A stretch of 23,957 bases of DNA from an uncultured delta proteobacterium (lineage in GTDB: Bacteria > Myxococcota_A > Polyangia > Polyangiales > Polyangiaceae): NCBI GenBank assembly GCA_963716725.1, contig CAVQUB010000023.1:1-23957 (forward strand), read 5' to 3'. Below the pieces are notes generated by a model that was not told the DNA's origin, ran no database searches, and saw nothing but the letters and a program-made list of their open reading frames with translations. A program made the position numbers and the translations under genes. Positions 8,000 to 17,062 of this stretch are shown piece by piece. Within the stretch, counting starts at the first letter, position 1. Each line of letters opens with the position of its first letter.

Positions 8000-9442
8000 T
8001 CAGCTCAGCGCGCGGCGCTCGAAGAGCGCCGCCATCGTGACTTCCGAGTCCACGAGTTCGTTCGAGTGTCGGTTCTTCTCGAGCCCGTGGGGCGTGATGA
8101 ACACCAGATGCACGGACTTCTTGGTCTTCGTGATGCGGCGGAAGCGGTCGAGCTTTTGGCGGAGCTCCTCCGCGTAGCGTTTCTGGATCTCGAAGGGCTG
8201 GTCGGTGAACTTGATCTCGCAGACGGTGATGACCCCATCTGCGCGATCCAGCAGAAGGTCGATCTGGGCGTCCTGGTGGAGCCAGGCGGACACCTCGCTG
8301 CGAACGCCGGAGATGCCGAGCGCTCGTTCGATGGCGCCCACGTGGCGCAAGCACATGCTTTCGAAACTGAGACCGGACCAGGCATGCCAGGCGGGGGTGC
8401 CGTGGACGTCGCGCCAGCGGCGCACGCGGCGTGACTCCATCCATTTGAGGTGGAACAGGCTGAACTCGTCGGTGAGACGGAAGAAGCGGTCGCGCTCGGT
8501 GCGCCCGAGCGGAATGCTGGAGGCGATGAAGCCGCCTTCTTCCAGATTCGTGAGGATCTTGCTGGCGCCCCCGCCGGTGGAGGCGCCAATGGCGTCGAGG
8601 ATCTCGTTGCGCGTGAAGCCGCGGCGGCGTTTGGCGAGGGTGCGCACGACGGCGACGTACTTGGGATCGTCTCCGAACAGGGAGGCGAACAAGCGATCGA
8701 ACTCGCCGCTCAGCGCGCCGTCCTTGGAGAAGCAGCCATCGTCCACTACTTGGGCCACCGAACGCCCTCGGCTCACAGACTCGAGGTAGTGAGGCACCCC
8801 GCCGAACACCATGTAGAGCTCGCACAGTTCGCGCTGGGTGAGCTTGATCTTCTTGTGCTCGAAAAACTCGCTGACCTCCGCCAGGGTGAAGGGCAAGAGG
8901 CGGAGCGTGCGGGTCAAGCGATTGTGAAGTCCGCCCCTCGCGTTGATCAGCTTGCTCAACATCCACGATGCGGCCGAGCCGCACACGATCATGACGACGT
9001 CGTCACGCCGGGAGCACCACGAGTTCCAGAAGTGTTCGAGCTCACGCAAGAATCCGGAGCGGTGAGTGTCGATCCAGGGAACCTCGTCGAAGAACAGAAC
9101 GTACTTTCGTTTGCGCCCTCGAGCCCGTTCGATAGCGGTTGCGAGCGCGCGGAACGCGTCGTGCCAAGAGGGGGGCGTCGCGAGCTCGGCGCGTCGGTAG
9201 AAGGTCGCCGAAAGTGCTTCTGCGAAAATGACGAGTTGTTGCTCGGTGTTTGCATCGAAGCGACCCACCATCTCGAAGTACACGACCGGTTGGTCCTGGA
9301 AGTGCCGGCGGACCAAGAAGGTCTTTCCCACACGGCGCCTGCCGTAGATGGCCACGAACTCGGCACGATCGCTGGTGAGCGCGGCCTGAAGTGCCTCTCT
9401 TTCCGCGCGGCGGCCACTCAAGGGCCGAGGAATGGTCGCCAT
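8000..9442 (-). CDS. AAA ATPase (archaeal-type ATPase family) with wHTH and C-terminal PD-(D/E)XK-like domain
   Basis: Walker A GRRRVGKT, Walker B LFFDE, CGS sensor, GGVPHYL, C-terminal QIDLLLD...VCEIK. Confidence 0.88.
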   Translation of the reverse strand: MATIPRPLSGRRAEREALQAALTSDRAEFVAIYGRRRVGKTFLVRRHFQDQPVVYFEMVGRFDANTEQQLVIFAEALSATFYRRAELATPPSWHDAFRALATAIERARGRKRKYVLFFDEVPWIDTHRSGFLRELEHFWNSWCSRRDDVVMIVCGSAASWMLSKLINARGGLHNRLTRTLRLLPFTLAEVSEFFEHKKIKLTQRELCELYMVFGGVPHYLESVSRGRSVAQVVDDGCFSKDGALSGEFDRLFASLFGDDPKYVAVVRTLAKRRRGFTRNEILDAIGASTGGGASKILTNLEEGGFIASSIPLGRTERDRFFRLTDEFSLFHLKWMESRRVRRWRDVHGTPAWHAWSGLSFESMCLRHVGAIERALGISGVRSEVSAWLHQDAQIDLLLDRADGVITVCEIKFTDQPFEIQKRYAEELRQKLDRFRRITKTKKSVHLVFITPHGLEKNRHSNELVDSEVTMAALFERRALS

Positions 9443-9540
9443 AACTCGCTTCTGCAGGGTACTTGCGGCGAGCAATCGGTCAAGCCTTCATCGCCACGAC
9501 TCCCTCCGCCAGGGCACTTGTGGCGACCTTTCCGACCAGC

Positions 9541-9617
9541 GCCCTCGCCCTCGCCCTCGCCCTCGCCCCCGCTCTCGCCCCCGCCCTCGCCCCCGCCCTC
9601 GCCCTCGCCCTCGCCCT
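9541..9617 (-). repeat. (GAGGGC)n tract, about 13 units, starting within the stop codon of the upstream gene
   Basis: Read directly from the sequence. Confidence 0.95.
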
Positions 9618-12207
9618 ACTCGAAGAACACCGGGTTGCTCACCGCGAAGGGCACCTTGCCGCTCAAGGGTTGCAGGTTCTTCTCGCCCTTGGCGTGGAAC
9701 ACCACCCAGTTGCGCGCCTTGCTCGCGTCGAGCTGCACCGTCACCAGGTTCACGAAGGTCTTGCCGGTGCCCGTGCCCAGCGGCGCCAGCGGCTCGGTCT
9801 TCTGCGTCACGCCGTTCACGATCACCTCGAGCTCGGTCGCGTCGACGAAGCTCGCCGCGTGCACGCTCACGGTGAAGTCCGCCGTCGCGGGCTTGCCCGG
9901 CACCGTCGATCCCGGTTTGGCGCCACCCGGTCCCTCCACGGTCATGAACAGGCCGCCGCTCACCGTCGCGGTGCCCTTGGCCAGCACGTCGCGCACGGCG
10001 CTGGCCGTCAGCTTGGTCGGGTCGTCGTGGCCGAAATAGAGGCAGGTGCGCGGAAAACCCACCGGCTTGGAGCGGATGTGATGCGAGTCGCTCGAGCCGA
10101 CGCCCCACATGGTGTGCCCGGCGTTGAGCAGCGCGAACCAGTCCTTCACCGACGCGCTGCGGTTGTCCTCGAAGGTCGAGCTGTTCCAGACCTCGACGGC
10201 GTCGAACTCGGCAGCCCAAAGCTCGTTCTGATTGCCTTTGGCGGTCTTCGGATCGAAGCCCGCATGGTCGAAGTAGCCCATCAGCCCCTCGCGCGGGTGG
10301 TTGACGATCAGCACCGGGTTCTCGGGCCGCGCCTGCACCTCGGCGAAGATCTGCGGAGGCTTCTTTCCGACCCAGTCGATGGCGCCGTTGTTCAGCTCGT
10401 CGGGCTTGGGAAAGATCGGCACCACTCCGAAGTGTCCCCAGGTGAAGGTGGTGAGCTCTTCGCTGGGCATGCCGAAGGCCCACTTCTCCATCCCGAGCTC
10501 CTTCACGATCGGCTGAAAGTCGATGATCCATTCGTGCTCACTCGAGACGGGGATCTCGAGGCCCTCGGTCAGCGCGTTCTTCACCTTGTCCATGACCGGA
10601 TCGCTCGAGTCCGCGGAGTGCCACGAGTGGATGTGGAAGTCGGCGCACATCCAGCCGGTGGAGTCGACGCTGTGCTCGAGATCCGCCACCACCTCCACGG
10701 TCTGTCCCGCGGCGACGTCGACGGTCGTGTCGATCAGCTCGTACTCCCAGCCCCGAGTCACCACCACGCGGTGCTCGCCGGGCGGCACGCGCAGGCTCGC
10801 CTCGCCGGTCAGCGCTCGGTCGACCCAGAGCCGGCCGTCGGCTTCTGGCTCGACGCCGTACGCGTCCGGCGCGGCGGCCACCGGACTCTGGGGGATCACG
10901 TGGACGCGCACCGGCAGCGCGACCCCGGTGGTCTTGTCCTTCGCGGTCACGTGCACGGTGCCGTGCGCCGCCAGCGAGAGGTCTTTGCTCGCCACGTCGC
11001 CCGCCACCGCGACCGGGGCGGCGAGCGCGTAGCCCTGGTGCTGCGCGACCAGCTTCGCGCTCTGTTCCGGATCGAGGTGCAGCGTGTATTTGCCGTCCTT
11101 GTCGCTGCGAGTCCGGTTCAGGTACGCGCCCGCGTCGTCGAGTGCGTGCACGTAGGCCTCGGCCACCGGTGCGCCCGCCGAGTCCTTCACCACCCCGCTC
11201 ACTTCGCGGCTCTCCAGCCCGTCCGCGCGCCGCACCGCCTCGCGCAGCCCGTCGTACTCGGGACCGCCGACGATGACCTCGACGTGATCGGTCCAGAAGG
11301 TCTTGCAGATCGGGATCTCGAATCCATCACCGGTCGCGATCACCGAGCCGCTCTCCTCGAACCCGGGCTCGATCTGCTCGCCGCCGGCGAGCCGCCACGC
11401 AAACGACGACTCGTCGTGCACGAAGCCGGCGTAGGACACCTTGCCCTTCGCCTTGGCGAAGCCCCACTCGGGCGACACGAACTGGTTGCGGCTGCCGTGG
11501 AAGAAGGCGTGCAGCTCATCGGTGTAGCCTGACCCGCCGATGGTCAGCGGTTCGTCCCAGGCGTTCTTGATGCCCAAGCGGATCGAGAGCTTGTTGCTGC
11601 CCGGCTCGAGCACGAAGTCATAGGCCGCCATCAGCCCCGAATAGCGTCGCGCCAGCAGGTTCCCGAGGGACCCATCCAAGAAGGGAATGGGCTTCAGCGG
11701 TCCGGTCGCGCGCACCACCGCCGCCTTCCCGTCCGACCCGTCGTTGATCACGCTCACGCTGTCGGGATCGATGATGTCGATGCCGACGCCCATCAAGGTC
11801 TCGCCGTAATACGCCTTGCCGAGCGGCCGCCCGTCGTCGCCCACGCGGTCGACCGCCAGCAGATCGCCGCCGAAGCGCTGATAGCCGTCCGAGACGCCCT
11901 TGTCCTCGATGTAGGCCGCGACCTTGTCGTTGGCCAAGACGAAGTCGCCGACGCGCACGCGCTGCCGCCCGTGGGCGGTCTGCACGACCATCGCTTCGCT
12001 GGTCACGCGCCCCGCGCGGGCCTGACTCGCGGCCTTGGCACCGAAGGGATCGGTGTGCCCCGTCGGATCACCGGTCGCGAACCCGACGCCTTCTTTCGGG
12101 CAGCTCTCGCCGCCACCGCCGCCGCCGCCGTCGTCGGAGCCGCACGAGAACACGGAGAACGCCACAGAGCCCAGGGCCGCCATGCCGGCGAGTCGTCGAA
12201 GCTTCAT
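9616..12207 (-). CDS. CehA/McbA-type (PHP-like) metallohydrolase lipoprotein with carboxypeptidase-regulatory-like domain (863 aa)
   Basis: Signal MKLRRLAGMAALGSVAFSVFS-C; VSGVVKDSAGAPVAEAYV; metal motifs DFHIHS, SEHE, EELT..WGH, NHP, SSDSH. Confidence 0.82.
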   Translation of the reverse strand: MKLRRLAGMAALGSVAFSVFSCGSDDGGGGGGGESCPKEGVGFATGDPTGHTDPFGAKAASQARAGRVTSEAMVVQTAHGRQRVRVGDFVLANDKVAAYIEDKGVSDGYQRFGGDLLAVDRVGDDGRPLGKAYYGETLMGVGIDIIDPDSVSVINDGSDGKAAVVRATGPLKPIPFLDGSLGNLLARRYSGLMAAYDFVLEPGSNKLSIRLGIKNAWDEPLTIGGSGYTDELHAFFHGSRNQFVSPEWGFAKAKGKVSYAGFVHDESSFAWRLAGGEQIEPGFEESGSVIATGDGFEIPICKTFWTDHVEVIVGGPEYDGLREAVRRADGLESREVSGVVKDSAGAPVAEAYVHALDDAGAYLNRTRSDKDGKYTLHLDPEQSAKLVAQHQGYALAAPVAVAGDVASKDLSLAAHGTVHVTAKDKTTGVALPVRVHVIPQSPVAAAPDAYGVEPEADGRLWVDRALTGEASLRVPPGEHRVVVTRGWEYELIDTTVDVAAGQTVEVVADLEHSVDSTGWMCADFHIHSWHSADSSDPVMDKVKNALTEGLEIPVSSEHEWIIDFQPIVKELGMEKWAFGMPSEELTTFTWGHFGVVPIFPKPDELNNGAIDWVGKKPPQIFAEVQARPENPVLIVNHPREGLMGYFDHAGFDPKTAKGNQNELWAAEFDAVEVWNSSTFEDNRSASVKDWFALLNAGHTMWGVGSSDSHHIRSKPVGFPRTCLYFGHDDPTKLTASAVRDVLAKGTATVSGGLFMTVEGPGGAKPGSTVPGKPATADFTVSVHAASFVDATELEVIVNGVTQKTEPLAPLGTGTGKTFVNLVTVQLDASKARNWVVFHAKGEKNLQPLSGKVPFAVSNPVFFE

Positions 12208-12268
12208 TGGGGGTGGGGGAGTGTAGCGCGGGAGCTGGGAGCGGGACACGCGCGCGCTTTTCGCTGGC

Positions 12269-12314
12269 GCGAGGGCGAGGGCGAGGGCGAGGGCGAGGGC
12301 GAGGGCGAGGGCGA
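12269..12314 (+). repeat. (GAGGGC)7 tract
   Basis: Read directly from the sequence. Confidence 0.95.
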
Positions 12315-12316
12315 TA

Positions 12317-12353
12317 TTGACGGACGTCGCGCTTGCCGTACAATTGCCGGCAA
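12317..12353 (+). promoter_or_regulatory. sigma70 promoter and probable operator of the DUF1778-GNAT pair
   Basis: TTGACG (12317-12322), 16-nt spacer, TACAAT (12339-12344); overlapping ttgccg repeats and ttgccggcaa palindrome. Confidence 0.65.
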
Positions 12354-12360
12354 CGACCCA

Positions 12361-12642
12361 ATGTCTGACACATCGACCAGAACTGAACGCATCGAGCTTC
12401 GAGCCGAGCCGGACCGTGCGAAACGGATCCGCTACGCCGCCAAGCTTCGGCGGCAGTCGGTCAGCGCGTTCATGCTCGACGCCGCAAGCGACCGTGCCGA
12501 GCGAGTGATCGCCGAATCCACTACGACCGCCGTGCCCGCGGCGTTCTTCGACAAGCTCTGGAAAGGGCTGAACGCGCCCGCGCGCCCGAACCGTGCGTTG
12601 TCGAGGCGCGCCGCCGCCCCCCGTCGCGTCGTACAACGTTGA
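12361..12642 (+). CDS. DUF1778 (TacA-like) RHH antitoxin
   Basis: RTERIELR...IRYAA....SVSAFMLDAA...AERVI...FFDKL...L.AP.RPN.AL. Confidence 0.88.
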   Translation: MSDTSTRTERIELRAEPDRAKRIRYAAKLRRQSVSAFMLDAASDRAERVIAESTTTAVPAAFFDKLWKGLNAPARPNRALSRRAAAPRRVVQR

Positions 12643-13172
12643 GCGGCGCTGGGGTGGGCACCTGGGTTTCGGAGTCGCTCGCGGACCATCACCGACTTGA
12701 CACCTTCGGGTGCGGGCAGGCGGACCTGGAGCGGTGGTTGAAGCAAAGCGCAGCTCATGCCCAGGCGATGCGTACGGCCCGGACGTTCGTTTGGCACGGT
12801 GGTGACCGCCACATCGTCGCGTACTTCAGTCTCGCAGCTCATCTCGTCCAGAAGTCGGTCTTGCCCAAGCGCCTGGCGCGGGGCGCTCCGGATGCCATCC
12901 CCGCTGTGATGCTGGCGCGGCTTGCCCTGCACCGCAGCCTGCACGGGCAGGGGCTCGGGGGGGAGCTGCTCTGGGACGCTTTGTCGCGCGCGGTCGCGGC
13001 CAGTGAAATTGCGGGCGCCCGGATGGTCGTCGTCGATGCGATCGACGCGGCTGTCGCCGGTTTTTATACCCACCACGGCTTCGCACCAGTTCCCGGGCAA
13101 CCGCTCCGCTTGGTGCAGAAGATTGGCGATGTCGCGGCTGCTCTCCAGCGGGGGTCGGGGCGCCGCGTGTGA
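12639..13172 (+). CDS. GNAT acetyltransferase toxin (TacT/AtaT-like)
   Basis: FGCGQADLERWL, IPAVMLARLA, HGQGLG, VVVDAID, FYTHHGF; TTGA overlap with the antitoxin. Confidence 0.9.
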   Translation: MSGAGVGTWVSESLADHHRLDTFGCGQADLERWLKQSAAHAQAMRTARTFVWHGGDRHIVAYFSLAAHLVQKSVLPKRLARGAPDAIPAVMLARLALHRSLHGQGLGGELLWDALSRAVAASEIAGARMVVVDAIDAAVAGFYTHHGFAPVPGQPLRLVQKIGDVAAALQRGSGRRV

Positions 13173-13178
13173 ATCGTC

Positions 13179-13202
13179 GCGGGGGCGAGGGCGAGGGCGA
13201 GG
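13179..13202 (+). repeat. (GAGGGC)n tract, about 4 units
   Basis: Read directly from the sequence. Confidence 0.85.
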
Positions 13203-13324
13203 CAGCGCAGCTTCGCGCGCGAGTAGTTCAGGTGGCGCGATGATCCCGAACCCCGCGCAATAAACAAGACCACAATATGAGTAATTGCTGTATGACGCAG
13301 ACTGCAGTATGAGTTAGGTGTAGA

Positions 13325-13344
13325 TATCATGCTGTTGCATGATA
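13325..13344. promoter_or_regulatory. Perfect inverted repeat tatcatgc-tgtt-gcatgata in an AT-rich upstream region; candidate operator
   Basis: 8-bp arms ending 26 nt upstream of an HTH gene; 13255-13370 is markedly AT-rich. Confidence 0.5.
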
Positions 13345-13370
13345 CTATTCACCAGAACTCATGGTGTGGC

Positions 13371-13832
13371 ATGAGAAAAGAACTTCGTGAAAGGGCGCGT
13401 CAGAGGCTCGACGAGCGGCTCCTGCCTCTGAAGCCAGTAGACCGTTTCGAGGCGCCGCCCAGGGGCTGGATCAGAGCGGTCCGCGATGCCTTGGGCATGA
13501 CGGGGATGCAACTCGCCCGGCGGCTGAGGATCAGCCCGCAAAGCGTCGACGCGCTGGAGAAGTCCGAGAAGAACGGCGCGATCAAGATCGAGACCCTGCG
13601 CCGTGCGGCGGCGGCCCTCGACTGCACGCTCGTCTATGCGCTCGTACCCAACGCATCGCTCGAAGGGGCGGTGCAGGACCGCGCCCGCAAGATGGCGATG
13701 CGTGACCTTGGCCGCGTCGCGCACACGATGAAGCTCGAAGCGCAGGGCACCGGCGACGCCGAGCTAGAGGCGCGAATCGCCGCCTACATCCGCGACCACC
13801 TCGACGACCGCGATCTTTGGGCTCAGGCGTGA
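13371..13832 (+). CDS. Mobile mystery protein A (XRE HTH)
   Basis: PPRGWIRAVRDALGMT..QLA.RL...E.SE..G.I...TLRRAA.ALDC.LVYALVP...TM.LEAQ. Confidence 0.9.
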   Translation: MRKELRERARQRLDERLLPLKPVDRFEAPPRGWIRAVRDALGMTGMQLARRLRISPQSVDALEKSEKNGAIKIETLRRAAAALDCTLVYALVPNASLEGAVQDRARKMAMRDLGRVAHTMKLEAQGTGDAELEARIAAYIRDHLDDRDLWAQA

Positions 13833-14425
13833 CGGACCTCTTTCACGAACCGGACGCTGCGACACCCCTGGAGCACGAAGAGCGCGAGGGGCTCCTGCAG
13901 ACGTGGGTTACACACCGGCGCGACCTCAACGAGGCCGAACAGGAGAACATCGTGAAGGGCGCGAGATGGGCCCGGCGGAGCCGCGGCCTCACGGCAGTTG
14001 GCCTGCTCGGCGATTCCTTTGCCCGCACGCTGCACGAGCGCATGTTCGGCGACGTCTGGAGGTGGGCAGGGACCTACCGGCAAACCGAGCGCAACATCGG
14101 TATCGAAGCTCACCGGATCATCGTCGAGCTGGCGACGATGTTCGACGACGTGCGCCACTGGGTCGAGCACGCGACCCACCCGCCGGACGAGATCGCCGTG
14201 CGGCTGCATCACCGGCTGGTCGCCATCCACCCGTTCCCGAACGGCAACGGACGCCACGCGCGCCTCATGGCTGATCTGCTGATCGAGAAGCTCGGCGGCG
14301 AACCCTTCAGTTGGGGCGGGGGCAGCCTCGCCGACGTGAGCGAGTTGCGAGCTCGGTACGTGGCGGCGCTCCAGGCCGCCGACGGCCACGAGCTCGGCCC
14401 GCTCTTGGCTTTTGCGCGTTCGTGA
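13829..14425 (+). CDS. Mobile mystery protein B (Fic family)
   Basis: ATPL..EE.EGL, LNEAEQENI, MFGDVW.WAG.YR, HPFPNGNGRHAR; GTGA overlap with protein A. Confidence 0.9.
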   Translation: MTDLFHEPDAATPLEHEEREGLLQTWVTHRRDLNEAEQENIVKGARWARRSRGLTAVGLLGDSFARTLHERMFGDVWRWAGTYRQTERNIGIEAHRIIVELATMFDDVRHWVEHATHPPDEIAVRLHHRLVAIHPFPNGNGRHARLMADLLIEKLGGEPFSWGGGSLADVSELRARYVAALQAADGHELGPLLAFARS

Positions 14426-14477
14426 GCTGGTGTCGAGAGTTGGCTCGGGGTGTGACCCAGCCGTACTCGCCGTGCAC

Positions 14478-14533
14478 GCGAGGGCGAGGGCGAGGGCGAG
14501 GGCGAGGGCGAGAGCGAGGGCGAGGGCGAGGGC
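14478..14533 (+). repeat. (GAGGGC)9 tract (one GAGAGC variant)
   Basis: Read directly from the sequence. Confidence 0.95.
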
Positions 14534-14586
14534 GCCAGCCAAGCGGACATCTGGCTGCCGCCCTGCTGCGTGTCACCGGATTCGAG

Positions 14587-15198
14587 TCACCCCCCGGAGA
14601 GCTGCACGAAGAAGTCATCGACCTGCGGCACGAGGCCCGGCAACGCCGGGTGCTCTGGCAACGCGGAGCCGCATTCGAACCGCGCGCTGCCGTCGGCGGT
14701 CGTGACGAGAACCTGGCGGGCGACCGGCAGCACCACCCACACCACCGGGACGCCCACAGACAAGCACCAGCTGGTCTTTTCCGCGAGGGCGCCCTCGGGC
14801 TCGTCGAGCGCCGCGACCTCCACGGCCAACACTGGTGGAACGCGGCGTAGCCCGCCGGTTCGCGAGCCCAGGTCCGAGCGTCGCCAAACTGCGGCGTCTG
14901 CGGCGCGGGTCGTTCCGGACAAGCGCATTCCTGCTTCGTTGGTGCCAAGGACGAACTCCCGATGGGCTCGGACCCAGGCCCCGACGGTGATCACCACGTC
15001 GGCCACCACGTCCTGCTGTTCGTCCCCGCACGGCGGCAGGTAGAGAAGTTTCCCTTCGACGTACTCGAGCCGCCCCTCCACACGTGGCCACGTCTCCGGG
15101 CGCTCTTCGTCGAATCCGTCGGGCGGGATGAGCTCGACGGGAAACCGAATCGCGCGAGGCAGGACGATCTGCTCGTCATATCGCGCGGCCATCGACAT
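14587..15198 (-). CDS. Uma2 family endonuclease
   Basis: RLEYVEGKL...PP, RAADAAV, PPVLAVEV, K...L..GVPVVWVV.P, LPGL. Confidence 0.85.
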   Translation of the reverse strand: MSMAARYDEQIVLPRAIRFPVELIPPDGFDEERPETWPRVEGRLEYVEGKLLYLPPCGDEQQDVVADVVITVGAWVRAHREFVLGTNEAGMRLSGTTRAADAAVWRRSDLGSRTGGLRRVPPVLAVEVAALDEPEGALAEKTSWCLSVGVPVVWVVLPVARQVLVTTADGSARFECGSALPEHPALPGLVPQVDDFFVQLSGG

Positions 15199-15246
15199 GA
15201 GCCAACTGTCCCATGCGGCAAGGACGGAAACAACGAGGCAGCGGCT

Positions 15247-15435
15247 CGCGGCGGCAAGCCCTGTATCCGCGGCCTACGGATGACGGTTTACGAGGTCCTC
15301 GACTATCTTGCCTCCGGCATGACGGAGGACGAGATCCTGAAGGACTTTCCAGATCTCGAGCGCGACGACATCCGCGCGTGCCTCGCCTTTGCGGCCGATC
15401 GTGAACGCCGCCTCATGGCGGTCCCTGCCGAGTGA
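15247..15435 (+). pseudogene. DUF433 antitoxin, 5'-truncated (in-frame ATG at 15280)
   Basis: RGGKPCIRGLR.TVY.VL.YLASGMTEDEILKDFPDL...DIRACLAFAA; the usual first dozen or so residues appear absent. Confidence 0.8.
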
Positions 15436-15507
15436 CAACGGAGCTTCCTGTGCGGGTACCCGCCGAAGGTCATCTGGATTCGGCTGGGCAACTGCAGGAC
15501 CGACGCG
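15432..15507 (+). pseudogene. DUF5615 PIN-like toxin remnant
   Basis: GTGA start overlap, then out of frame QRSFLCGYPPKVIWIRLGNCRTD, the conserved C-terminal part of DUF5615 toxins. Confidence 0.7.
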
Positions 15508-15548
15508 CAGCCGCGCATGCGCGCGATGGGGACACACGTCCGCGGGTT

Positions 15549-15570
15549 CAGGAACAGGAACAGGAACAGG
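15549..15570 (+). repeat. (CAGGAA)n hexamer tract
   Basis: caggaacaggaacaggaacagg. Confidence 0.8.
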
Positions 15571-15653
15571 ATTTCTCTTCTTCGCTTCCCCATTCTCGCG
15601 CCGCGCACTCGCTTCGCTCGTGCGCGCCCTTGACCCGCGCTGCGCGCGGCGCC

Positions 15654-15700
15654 GGGGGCGAGGGCGAGGGCGAGGGCGAGGGCGAGGGCGAGGGCGAGGG
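15654..15700 (+). repeat. (GAGGGC)n tract, about 8 units
   Basis: Read directly from the sequence. Confidence 0.95.
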
Positions 15701-15811
15701 TCGGTGAGCTGGCGCTGATCGTCTGCTATATTCTACAGGCCACGGAGGCACCCCCCGAAGCGCCTCCGGCCCTTTTTCGACCAGCTCGGGGAACGGGCCA
15801 AGGAGGCCTTC

Positions 15812-16051
15812 ATGACCGGAGCACAAATGTTGATCGAGCAGGGCCGAGCCGAGGGCCTGGAGAAGGGCAGAGCCGAGGGCAAGGCCGAGGGCAAGGCCGA
15901 GCTCCTGCTTCGCCTCATGCGGCGGAAGTACGGAAAGCTGCCTGCGGGGGTGAGCAAGCGCCTGCGCGGCGCGGCAGGCGACGACCTGGGCCGCTGGGCC
16001 GAGCGCGTGATGACGGCGGCGACCCTCGACGAAGTGTTCGAAGGTCGCTAG
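15812..16051 (+). CDS. Orphan Rpn C-terminal protein (RpnS/DUF4351-like), 79 aa
   Basis: Near-identical to 18267-18494; AAGGAGG 5 nt before the ATG; two gccgagggcaag units. Confidence 0.75.
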   Translation: MTGAQMLIEQGRAEGLEKGRAEGKAEGKAELLLRLMRRKYGKLPAGVSKRLRGAAGDDLGRWAERVMTAATLDEVFEGR

Positions 16052-16079
16052 CCGGTGTCTGCCGCTCCGCGGCCTGCGC

Positions 16080-16105
16080 GCGAGGGCGAGGGCGAGGGCG
16101 AGGGC
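16080..16105 (+). repeat. (GAGGGC)4 tract
   Basis: Read directly from the sequence. Confidence 0.9.
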
Positions 16106-16188
16106 TCGGTTCCGGCTGCTCTCGGCCTATGTTCGACCGCCGGTACGCGGCGCGTCTGGCCTCGAGGCGCCGGCGCGGGAAACCCGGG

Positions 16189-16839
16189 TCAAAGTCCGGG
16201 GCCCTGATAGCCGCACTGCCCGGTCCGCGGGGAGTTGACCATGGGCAGGAACATTTCCTTGCTGCACGCGTGCTTCTGCGCGCATCCGCCGCAGAGCGAG
16301 ATCCCCCCGCACGCCACGCAGATCTGTGTGGCCGCGGACGAGCACTTCTCGCATTGGATCAGCGGCGGGTCGTTGAAGGCCACGAGCCTCACGCTCTCCG
16401 CACCGCGCTTGCCCTGCCGCTCGGCGACGACCCTCAGCGCGAGCGTCGTTTTCGTGCCGAAGTCGTAGTCGTAATGGAACTTCAGGCCGGGGGCCAGGAC
16501 GCGGGCGAGGCTCGTCCGCATGTCCTTGTCGACGAGGTCTTGGTCGTCGTAGCCCCCGGAGCTGTAGGTGAAGTCGCCGATCCTGAAAGCGCTCAGATGA
16601 CCGCAGCACTCCAGCCAGGCGCCACGGACGAACTCGTCCAACTTGGCGAGCGACGCCTCGGCGCTCACCTCCAAGTGCATCCAGTAGGCCGTCGCGTGGC
16701 GACCCTCGACCACGATGTGAAACAGCCTGTGCTTCCCGGCCGCGCGGCGCGGGCACGCGGCAAGATGTCTGCTCATGGCAGCTTTGGTGAACTTTGCGTC
16801 GCAGAGCAGGCACTTCCCGTTCGATTGAGTAGCAGCCAT
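16189..16839 (-). CDS. pRiA4b ORF-3-like Cys-rich protein
   Basis: WLECCGHLSAF, FHYDYDFG, several CxxC pairs, NSPRTGQCGY; GGGGAGA upstream of the ATG. Confidence 0.7.
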   Translation of the reverse strand: MAATQSNGKCLLCDAKFTKAAMSRHLAACPRRAAGKHRLFHIVVEGRHATAYWMHLEVSAEASLAKLDEFVRGAWLECCGHLSAFRIGDFTYSSGGYDDQDLVDKDMRTSLARVLAPGLKFHYDYDFGTKTTLALRVVAERQGKRGAESVRLVAFNDPPLIQCEKCSSAATQICVACGGISLCGGCAQKHACSKEMFLPMVNSPRTGQCGYQGPGL

Positions 16840-16850
16840 GTGGTCTCCCC

Positions 16851-16952
16851 TGCGCCGGTCAAAGCCGGCAAGGTGAAATGGTGAAAGTCCAAACAACGAA
16901 AGGATTAGCCAGCCACGTTGACCCCGAGTCATGCGTCGCTGCCCGCGAGGGC
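16851..16952 (+). mobile_element. Probable 5' remnant of a group II intron (domain I)
   Basis: TGCGCC start then gtgaaagtcc...gaaaggattagccagccacgttgaccccgagtcatgcg...ccgcgagggc, resembling bacterial group II intron 5' regions as recalled. No RT or domain V in the window. Confidence 0.5.
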
Positions 16953-16964
16953 GAGGGCGAGGGC
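16945..16964 (+). repeat. (GAGGGC)3 tract
   Basis: Read directly from the sequence. Confidence 0.85.
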
Positions 16965-17062
16965 GCTGATCGTCTGCTATATTCTACAGGCCACGGAGGC
17001 ACCCCCCGAAGCGCCTCCGGCCCTTTTTCGACCAGCTCGGGGAACGGGCCAAGGAGGCCTTC

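Noticed and set aside
7067..11532. Long + strand ORFs 7067-8434, 8450-10039, 9463-11532 and similar antisense ORFs elsewhere
   Set aside because: Shadows of real - strand genes in high-GC DNA; no motifs.
12208..12636. N-terminal extension of the 1006-aa ORF, and poly-EG/RA/PS/AL peptides in many ORFs
   Set aside because: These are translations of hexamer tracts and antisense DUF1778; the signal peptide indicates a start at 12207.
15597..15653. Structured element around gcactcgcttcgctcgtgc as a defined ncRNA or IS end
   Set aside because: Hairpin-like and REP-like, but I cannot assign it to a family from sequence alone.
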